NCBI GenBank assembly: GCA_036172245.1
Contig: JAYWIR010000018.1
Span: 1,240,001-1,304,000, forward strand
Reading direction: 5' to 3'
DNA: 64,000 nt
From: Raillietiella orientalis
Taxonomy: Eukaryota
Position numbers and translations under genes: made by a program. Of this stretch, positions 54,507 to 64,000 are shown one piece after another. The notes beneath the pieces are model-generated. The model did no database searches and was not told the DNA's origin. It worked only from the letters and a program-made list of their open reading frames with translations. The first letter of the stretch is position 1; each line of letters begins with the position of its first letter.

Positions 54507-55085
54507 ATGAGTTGTCAAATTGCAAAATACAGAAAAGATCTAGACTTTTATTCCTTAAGAATTTTATGCATATGTGACGATATTATTCAGACAAAATATC
54601 GCATGCAATCTGCAATGGCTGCTGGATTTACTGCTTTGGCACAGTCACGTTATTTTATGGGTAGTTCAGCTGTCAGCAGTTTACAATTGCCAAATTCAGA
54701 TACTCCTACATCAGCTCTCATAAGAGTAAGCAAAGACACCAGCCTTCAACAGTTAGAGCCCGGGCAGAGCAATGAAACATATAGTGTGGATACATTTAGC
54801 ATATGCCAAAAGACAGACATCATGCCTTCCCAGAATCCCCTCCAATGGTTTGGTGTGCTAGTTCCTCAAGTACTGAGAAAAGCTCAGCAGAACTTTGTGC
54901 TTGCTGTAGAATATGCCACTGAAGTAGCTTCACTGCAGTGTGAGTTGAATACCCTATCGAATCAGCACCAGTGGCTACAGAAGGAGTTGCATCTAGCTGA
55001 GAAGGACCTTAAAAAGTTATTTCCTGATACATTGATGGAGAAAATAACTCATGCTGGTGAACCTCCAGATATCTACAATAACTAA
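54507..55085 (+). CDS. CCDC115: Coiled-coil domain-containing protein 115 / Vma22 (V-ATPase assembly factor), 192 aa, intronless CDS
   Basis: Open 579-nt frame with family motifs AGFTALAQSRYFMGSSAVSSLQLP and NPLQWFGVLVPQVLRKAQQNF. Confidence 0.92.
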   Translation: MSCQIAKYRKDLDFYSLRILCICDDIIQTKYRMQSAMAAGFTALAQSRYFMGSSAVSSLQLPNSDTPTSALIRVSKDTSLQQLEPGQSNETYSVDTFSICQKTDIMPSQNPLQWFGVLVPQVLRKAQQNFVLAVEYATEVASLQCELNTLSNQHQWLQKELHLAEKDLKKLFPDTLMEKITHAGEPPDIYNN

Positions 55086-56590
55086 GATTATGCATACTTT
55101 CTGATTTGCCATACTGTAGTAACAGCTGCAGGTGGTGTGAAAGATGGTTTAGCTTGTTTTTCTTGATGGCCATCTTGCTGAGAATCTCAGGCAGTTGTAC
55201 TGCGGAAGTATAGCCCTAACATCAGCATCAAAGATTACTTACCAAACAGTCTTAATAAATGCATAGATCCATAGAGGAAAGATGGGGATGAAGGGGAATG
55301 TGCAGGAGGATGCAGTTGCCAACTGATGACTTGTTGGAGCATGTGATTCTTTTGCAAATGAAGATTCAAATCATTAGCCATGGATGATGAGACTCTAAAT
55401 GATCTAAGTGAAAGACACCAAATGAGACCACATTACTGGATATCCTCTTTTTGTGCTTCTGATGCTTTTCTTGCTCTACAGTCCACAGGAGAACAGGGCA
55501 TCCATTGTGTGGATGGGGATGAGTCTCTTTCTTTCCTGATTTCACCTGTTGCTTGCTGATATTTCCTTTTCCGGGTCACTCTTTTTGGAGCACTATATTC
55601 TTCACGAATATTATTTGGAGAACTTGCATTTGATTCAACATTGTTTTTGACTGAACACATCCTATGAAATTGGCCTTCCTCTTCTTCATATAGCAACTGA
55701 GATTCCAAACAAAAGTCTATTAGAATGCGAATGCCATCCACCATTTCTTGATGTAACTGGATACTAATAGCCCACTATTTGTCCAACCCACTGTTTATTT
55801 ACTTATGAGCTATGTCATCCATGCTCAGCATCTCTGTAGGGCCTTTGCGAGGTGTGCAGCATATATGATTGATAGCATGCTGCTTGACAAAGGATTCCAG
55901 AATCATAATTATATTGGGCTGTGCAGGAAGAGCATGTAACTATTAAAGATGATTTTTATGAAAAAGGGTGTACAAAACAGGTCCAAATCACCTGTTTTCT
56001 GGATGTTATGAGATCATAGTCTTCTTCCAAAAGAACACGTAGGCTGCTGGGAATTGAAAATATGCTTGTGTTCATTCCAGCAACATTACTTTCATTACTG
56101 TCATCATTAGAACATTCAGCACAGGAAGAAGAATCATTCTCACGTTCTTCACTGCTTACAGAACAACATGAACCTGTTCCTTCTGATGAAATGTGGCGAG
56201 AGTTCTTCCTATTTCTTCTGTAGCAGAATATATGGTATCAAAAACTCTTATTGTACTTGCGAATGTTGGCTTTTTCAAAGAGCTGAATTTGAAGTTGGCG
56301 GTTCTCTTCTGTATTCTTCATAACTAGGGATTCTGTCACATAACGATCCCAAGATGAGTTCCATCCCTGAAAGTGGATTAAATACTCCACTTTTCTTCTA
56401 CCTTGATTGTCAGATGAACCCAGAACTTCAAGAATCTGCAAAATACATATTTAAATCGAAATACATTTTCCAGTTTCACCTTAGCTTCATAAAGCACTTT
56501 TGCTTTAGTGGGATCTGGTTCATAGCATAGCACTTTTTCACCCACTACAAATTTAGTGCGCAATGTCCTTGTCAATGCCATTGATGACAT
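55009..56590 (-). CDS. MSL3: Male-specific lethal 3 homolog (chromo-barrel plus MRG domain), about 426 aa
   Basis: Exons 56480-56590, 56257-56435, 55992-56217, 55803-55939, 55437-55763, 55243-55394 (or -55403), 55115-55199, 55009-55072. Motifs [73 protein letters not shown]. The start could instead be the ATG at 56581. Confidence 0.93.
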
Positions 56591-59149
56591 GCACAACTTG
56601 GAACTCAGAACCTTGATCAAAACAGACTACTAAATCATGTGAGATTGCCAGTTGAAACTGAACAAATGTTGAGCAATGTGCACTTATACATATTTGCAGT
56701 TTATCTACAATAAAAGCATTGTTAATGAATTCACAAACTGCAATGCTTGACAAAATATTACTATCTTAATAAACATACATTAACCTCATTTCACAAAATG
56801 AGTATTCAAATGTTGTTGACAATAGCATGTAGAAAAGCAAGTATCTGACAAAGATTGCAAATCAAAAAATTTGTTATTGTGCTGCTTTTATTACAATTCA
56901 TCGCAGGCTAATTGAAATTCAAATATATTTAATGGGATATAACTTATTGCTTGCTTGCAACAAATCTTATGATATATAATTCCAAAACTCGATGCACCTT
57001 TGTGGATTTGCGCCCTTTCAAACACCTTTCGTACCTTTCCGTAATTTACGAACTTAATTAAATCTATATGCATATGTCAACAGAAAGGTACGAAGACAAT
57101 GCTTTTTATAAAAAATCACTGCAATACTCACAATAAATTGATTAATTTCAGTTCCTTATTTTCGAAATCAGCTTTATGAAATTTTATTGCTTGAAAAAAC
57201 GAACAAACTTTATTGACATTTGATTTTAGGCAAATTGACCGACTCTAGTGTTGAATTACATTGAATTTCCATTCAAGAGTTAAAATTATGCGTGGGAATT
57301 GAGTGTCTTAGTGTATTCCACAAAAGAATGATTATCGTATATTGTCTTAAATACGATCGGTTTTATAAAGCGAACCGTGAGTTCTTTAATTCCTGAGAAA
57401 ACACTGTTACCATACAAATACGCAGGGAAAAAGTGTCATTAATTGTAGCAAACAACCCAATCATTCACAATCAACATATCTGATTCTGATAACATAAAAG
57501 CTATCATTAGATCATAAAAGCTATCATCTTCTTTCAATTCAACCTCTATACCATGTTATAGAATAATTCTTGGATAGCACTTGCAAATCCTTTACAAACA
57601 TGTATACCTTCTTGGTAATTTGCACCTGTTCACCTGCAATGCAATCGTTAAGCTTTTTGTTCTAGGAAATAAATGAGGACCATGACAGACTTTCCTTGGT
57701 TATGTTATTTGTGAAGTAAGGACTTTGTGAAGTAGATTTCTACAGTTTTAAGACCAAGCTTACATAGACCCGAATTCGAATAGATTTCAAATTACTGCCA
57801 GTTAAAAGATTAAAAACTTGAATAATTTGCTTTATATCACTATATTGTTTTTTAAATAATAATTGGCTCATCCTTTTGAAATTCATTTCTTTTCTATTTT
57901 AGATTCTTTGATATTTCATTTTGCATGGCATTTCGTAAAATATGGGTGCTTGTCGATTTTTGTGTGTGTGAATTTTTTTCTATCAGCGTGCGCTTTACAT
58001 TGATCTCTCTCGCTGGAACTGTGGAATCTATTTACTATCTGGAAACCGTCAAACTGACGGATTTGGTCTTTCATGACGACACATACTGGTAAGCCATAGA
58101 TGAACGAATTCATGAATTTAAAGATTTCACTTAGCAAACTAAATTATACGAATGCTAAATCTGCTAAATAGTTTCTTGTATGATGCACAGTTCTTGATTG
58201 GAACGTAAAATCGCTTCATAACGAAATCCTAGAGTAAACTCAGTGTTGTGTTGCATTTTTTATACAATACAGAGTGAATAATTTACAAAACTTATTTTTG
58301 TTTGCTAAGCTTTTTTCATTGATTCAAAGGAAGAGTTACAGATTTTAGATTTGCATATTCAATTGAATAAGGGAAGAAAAGAAATTTATCGCACTTTATA
58401 CTTAAACAAATACGGATTTCTCATGTGAAAGAAGAATGACAACTGTTGCAAGTTATAAAGAGTTTGGATAAAATAATTAATCGTAGCAAACGTAAGAGTG
58501 ATAAGATAACAGAGAGAATTCATAATATGAATTGTAGATGCGGAAATATTTGAAATGTTGGTATAAAAAAAATATTCTACCAATAACATGCTCCTTTCTG
58601 CTGGAGGCATTTTGTGTTTTAGGAAAAAAATCGGTGCTTTCGTTACATTTTTGTTATATACAAGGCACTTGATTCATGAAGGGAAAAAGTGCTTGAAATG
58701 AAACTTCTGTAGAGGAAAGATTTCTTTTAGGAAAAAGTGCGGTTAACGTGCTTCGGGAAAAGGGATTTCATCAATCCCAGAAGTCCATTTCATGGCTGAA
58801 CATGATTACAGAAAAACATCCAACTGTTCCAAGAATGGTCCTTACTGAGAACGTCCAAGACTTTATCCATGTTATAAAGGAGCGTAGAGCTCTTGTTCCA
58901 ACAATCAGTGGGTACTATAAAGCCAATTGGAGACTAACACTGCAAAGAAACTACCATCTGTTTTAAAGTAACCAGAGCAAATTTCGAAAGGAAAAAAAAA
59001 CAAAAAATAAATACTAGAAAACGGAAATTACTAAACAACCCAATATCATTTGGCTAGTTTGGGAGATCCGTACCTAATTGGATGCACTTTATCGAAACAC
59101 ATCATGGCGAAAACTCAAGGCAATTCGTTTTAAATCAGAACAAAAAAAT

Positions 59150-61780
59150 CTACTTTGATGAAATCACAGTACTGTGTTTGTGTTTGTATCTGTGCTTGAG
59201 AGTATTGTAGTTGAAGAACAGAAAGAGAGAGTAAGTACTTTTACAGTGGAAATTTATCTGTAAATGAATCGGAGGTCTCTTGGGATTCTTGTGGATGTTG
59301 ACTCTACTTTCCATCCTGGGAGGGGTCCTTGCGAGATTACGTAGAGTAGCAACCTTTACATAGAGTACAAACTCTGAGAAGCTTATGTTTTCCTTGGGCA
59401 CTCTGATGAGAAAATGAAACTTGGAATGATCGTGGCGAACCAAGAGGAAGAAGCAATAAACTCCATCGACTTTTTTCTCTGGTCAACACCTTAATAGCAT
59501 CCAGGGTTTACCAGGAACACATATCTGTCCTAGGCACAGCATCCTTTTTTGTATTCTTCCACGAAAGCTACAAGGTATTAAAAGCGATCTTTTTATGACT
59601 TCGAACTCAGCAATATAGATACATAATATTGTATTTTGTGATGTGTAGTTTCCAATATGAATGTTTGTGTTACTTTGCGCAGCGTGAGGAAGGCAATCAG
59701 ATCTTTGCTTATCGTTTTATTCCTTTTGAAAAACATGAAATGCAGTCAAGAGATCGCCAACATTCCGTGAGGCAAAAGAAGAAAACCAGACGTTGTCAAA
59801 AACTTTCACTTTTTCCGTCGTCAGCCACAGATGATTTCAGTTGCTGACACGCCGTCCACAGAGTGATAGTTTCCCTAAGTCTCGACTTTTTCTGAAACAA
59901 CTTACGAAAAAGGTTACAGAAAGATTTTTTTTTTTTTTTGAGGATTTGCCTTTTGTAACCTCTTCCAAATATTTCGGAAAGAGAGAAGTTATCCTGAATG
60001 GAAGATTAAAGGGAAAGTAGGGAAAAAGGATAGCCTTTGCATCCCCTTCGCCAATCTAGTTGAGATCAAAGAATAATAATTCGTGGTCAAGTGATCGCAC
60101 AGCATGTAATTTTATCTCCAGAATATAGTTTTTCATCTAGCCTGAAGAGATGTGAACTGCTATTCTTATCACTGGCATGCCTTAGGTTTCATCACTCTGA
60201 TTTTCCTTTCGAGCCCTCGGAAGTGTATTTTTTTACATTTTTCATTTCTTTGCTTGGATTCCATCATCCTGCCTTCTCATTCACGATCTTTCCATGGCCT
60301 TTCCTCTCCTACTCTTTTTCTTGATTCTCCGTAAGCGGATATTTCAACCATCACGAGCACACGGTAAAATGTTACAGTCCAAAGAGATGGCGGCGGAGAG
60401 ATATGGCAAGTTGAAGTCTTACTTTAATTTGACCGCACTCTGAAAGATGCTAATCTCATTGACCATGGAAAGGATAAAAAGGAAGATGGTCATAATGATA
60501 ATCTGTTGTGAATACAGGATGACGATTTTAACCGGTAACGGTTCCAGATTATTCATACGAATGGTGAAGCTTTCACCAAAGGAAATGGGTAGCGGCTGTT
60601 CCCTGTCCGGAGTCCTCCCGCTGTCCTCCACACTGTTCGGAGGACAGTGTGACCCCTGCTTGCGATCCACATGTCGCATCTCACCAGCGAGGAGACGATC
60701 GGTCTCCAGGTGAAAGTCTCTCGGAAAGCCATAGCAGTATACGCATGTGTCGAGGAGAGCTCTGTTGCATCTTCGAGATCCCAGTCGGAATAAGAAATGT
60801 CCTAAGGATGAGCCAAGAGACAAGAAAGTGCGTGCGCTCAGATCGGATAAACAAGGAAGCTCGCGAGGAAACTGAGTGAAAGTGCTCTGAACGCTGCCGA
60901 AAAAGCTGCATGAAAGGAATGGTAACTGCGTTGCACAGATCGATACTCCTTTTCATCGTGTGGAAGAGGCTCCTGGCGGCCCTGTAGATGCCACCGGACA
61001 TCTTCAATGCAAAAACCACGCAGTTGCGAAAGCGTGTCTTTTCAGTGAAGTCAGAGACGAATACAGCAAGCTCCAGGTAGAAGACGGAATTTTACTCAGT
61101 GTCCACAGCAAGGATTCACATTTCTCCAGATGGCTGATGCTTATGATGGCTACTTAAAATGAGATCGATTTTCAATTCTTTTTGATCAGGATTGAAGAAT
61201 GTGGGTGCATAAGGGAAGGTATAAGCATTTTTCTTTTAAATCACCGGGAAGATCAAAGCATCTACATCTAGAGGCAGCTTCTAATTGGTTTCCTCAAGGA
61301 CTCCGTTGTCTTCGGCTGCTGTGAGTGTCAGCAAAGCCAACTAAGAACGAGAAGACCACGTGACTGGGGCGCGTCCCCGACTGCCATCACCTCTTCTGTG
61401 ATGAGATGTCAGCAACCTCCTTGTTGGCAGGATGACGGTATTCCTGGTAGCCCTCGGGACAAGGGTGGTCACATTCTGCGTAAGGTTGACTCTTCCAGCA
61501 TCTCAGGCCTCTTCCCCTAGCCTCAGATCAAGTGCTCAATCATCACCACTACCCTGGACTCTTCATCCAGCTAGTTCGGTGAGACGTAGAAAACTCTGAT
61601 GAGATCTTCCAGACGGAGAAAGCACTCGAAGATTCAGCAGGGCTGCAGGGTAGTCTTTACGAAGTGGAATCTTCTAGGCTCCCTCTGCATAGCAGGCCTC
61701 ATTGTCATTCTTCTCTTCCATGCCTTTTCTTCTTCATGGTTTTTCACCCGGGTGTGCCGGGGCGTTTATTTAAAAACTAT
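59150..61780 (-). mobile_element. Degenerate non-LTR retrotransposon (L1/Tx1-like) ORF2, reverse-transcriptase region
   Basis: Broken minus-strand frames retain RT-like pieces in order: LFIRSERTHF (like LIxxEQTGF), FTIRMNNLEPL (like LFxIxxEPL) and MTIFL...IFQSAVKLK. Many stops; boundaries approximate. Confidence 0.55.
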
Positions 61781-61879
61781 CTGAGAACAAAGTTCCCAGA
61801 CAAAGGGTACAGAAGTTCGAAATGAGGGCTACCCGACACGCAGATCGGTAAAACCGAAAGTCCGGAACGGGAGGGAAGT

Positions 61880-63300
61880 GACCACCAATAAATATATAAC
61901 AAATATACATAAAAAAAGATATGGGGAGAAGGGGGTCAGGGGTCTTTGGCTTTGGCCGTTCGTTCCTTTCAGAACCGGCGTTGGACGCCGGAGATCTTTC
62001 TCACTACTTCTGGAAGATGAGGCCACCTGGCAGCTGTCGTGTCGTCATGTCGTCGGCGATTGCGGTGGCCTCTCGAGGGATCTCCTGCGCCTCCAACTGG
62101 CAGCGGGCCGTGACGATGGCACGGATGCAACAGATCGTTGCGATTACCACACCTAACGACAGGCTGCCTAGCGTGAAGAAGCAGCGCATCAAAATCCTTG
62201 CGGTGTCCCCTTGGTACAGGAGCGCTGAAGCCAGCCTCTACCACAGTCCTTGGGGGACACCGCAGTCGAAGAGCAGGTGCGGGAGAGTTTCCGCCGCTCC
62301 GCACCTTCTACAGTTCGGAAAGGCAACTCCCCCGGAAACAAGGTTGCTGCGCTGGTTGCAATAGAAGCCCCAATGCACCAGCAAGAGCACGTCCTGCTTC
62401 CATGGAATGGGGAACACAGAAGTGTCCACACACAAGGGATCACATCTTCACGCTCGTGACAAAGGAGGTCCATGGGTAAGGAGCACATCAGAGATTTGCA
62501 GAGGAGTCTCCCTGCGTATTTCTCTGGCCAGGATTTTTTAGACCGCTACGAGAAAGATGGGAAAGGGCCTCTGGTTTCGCGGATCAACGAGCTCTCACGT
62601 GGAGCAAACCAGAGCGAAAGGACGAGGAGTTCACGCCTCTTCAGGATAGGCATGACAGAAGCTAACACGGAGCATCCCGATGGAAACTGCAACAGGGGTA
62701 CTAGCTTTCTGGGACATCCTTCCCGTGTCCTGTTTGTCGAGGCTGGCGTTTTTTATTCATCTTTCCTGAGGGAAGGTCCAGTCGGATTGCCGTGCCCTTT
62801 CTCTAAGGTCCCTTTCGCGTCCTCCCTTTTTGTTGGGAGAGAATGGGAGGCACTTCTCAACGCTTGCTTTTTTTCCCCTGAACCTCGTCCCGTCCCGGAG
62901 CAAGCAGGAAATGCTCTCCACAACCGGCATTCAGGTGGATTCTGTTTTTTGCACACGAGAGAGCCGCTGACCTCCCGAGCTCATCCTCCTGCTCTCTAGG
63001 GAGGCAAGAGCCCGTTCCTGTAAAGCACATGGTCGAGATGACTCCCCCATATCTCAGGTACCACGCAGTTGCTCTTCCGGTTCTCATTGACCTCACGCAT
63101 CCATCTGGAACAAAAGAATCTCAGTTATTGCAGGCGTTCCAGAACTTACCATGAGTTTGTTCTGGTTCCAGGGCTGCTGGTCCAAGATGTCGGCAGGCCC
63201 CTCAAGGGACAAGGGGCTAGGGCTGTTCCGATGTCTCGGAAAGCACCTATTCGTTTCCTCCCTCCTTTTCGTCGCCTTCTTCGTCGGAGCCATCAGCGAA
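61880..63300 (-). mobile_element. Second degenerate L1/Tx1-like LINE, RT C-terminus plus zf-RVT and 3' tail
   Basis: NCRRCGAAETLPHLLFDCGVPQGLW (about 62240-62315) is a clear zf-RVT CCHC motif. A T-rich tail follows near 61880-61925. The element may extend to the window edge. Confidence 0.75.
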
Positions 63301-64000
63301 GCTCTCTCCCTGGAAAGAGTCCTCTCTTCTTGCTCACTTCGGAGCTCTCATCCATCGACCTCTCCGGTCCAGGAAAGTCTCACGGAAGAGCGGGGGGGGG
63401 GGGGGCGTAGGAAAGTTGACTTCTTCCCTTGGTTGCTCCCATCCCCCGACCACCTGCCCGCTGCTCGGAGTGCCATCCTCCAGGTCCTCTCCTCGACTCG
63501 CTCTTTTCCGCTCGTCGTCTCCTGCCACCGCCGCGGGTCAGTGCCAAGATGTGTTCTCCAGCGTTCTTCTTCCCTACTATCCGGGAAAGTCGTTGAGCTT
63601 GCAGTGCCTCAGGGGGCTGTTGCTCTTCTTTCGCTTGACCACCTACCGCTTTCCGCGATATGGGTGGAGCTCCGTAGACTGGCAGGATGACTCGTCCCTT
63701 TCGTGGCAGGAAGCGAAGAACTGCCGAGGCTTCCTATTGGACAGTGGCCTTCGAATCTTCCTTCTCCAACGCTTTCTGCCAATCAGGAGCTTCAAATCTC
63801 CCATTGGTTGCCGGCACTCCCGTTCCTGTTTGCCTCCTGCAGATTCCCCCTCCCTTCTCTTCCTCCTTTCCTTCCTCTTTTTTCGGCCTTGCTACGCTCG
63901 TCCGGGTCGATCCCATCTTTTGGGAAGATTACGGAATCTTTAAAGGGAAGGAGGGAAAGAGGGTGAGTCCTCGGGAAGAGCCTCCATGAGAGTGAGCTCC

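Noticed and set aside
62472..62999. 175-aa plus-strand ORF
   Set aside because: It lies antisense to the LINE remnant and has no independent homology.

Overview
Eukaryotic DNA, probably arthropod and possibly crustacean (inferred from protein sequences and very small introns). It falls into three compositional zones. (1) About 1-38.5 kb is GC- and CpG-rich with no intact gene that I can support. It holds decayed transposon fragments, a 936-bp TA-flanked mariner derivative with long inverted arms, a fibrinogen-domain pseudogene and several perfect hairpins. (2) About 38.5-57 kb is AT-rich and CpG-poor and holds six housekeeping genes that I spliced by hand: ING1/2, ethanolamine kinase, POLR3C, tricornered/STK38 and MSL3 on the minus strand, and CCDC115 on the plus strand. 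Almost all introns are 34-57 nt. (3) About 59-64 kb holds degenerate L1/Tx1-like LINEs. The most notable signal is an operon-like trio, trc -> POLR3C -> ETNK: same strand, stop-to-start gaps of only 160 and 141 nt, each spacer containing AATAAA followed by a strong 3' splice acceptor just before the next ATG. This is the layout expected of polycistronic transcription resolved by spliced-leader trans-splicing. Second, CCDC115 and MSL3 overlap tail-to-tail in protein-coding sequence. All homology calls come from recognising motifs by eye; no searches were run.
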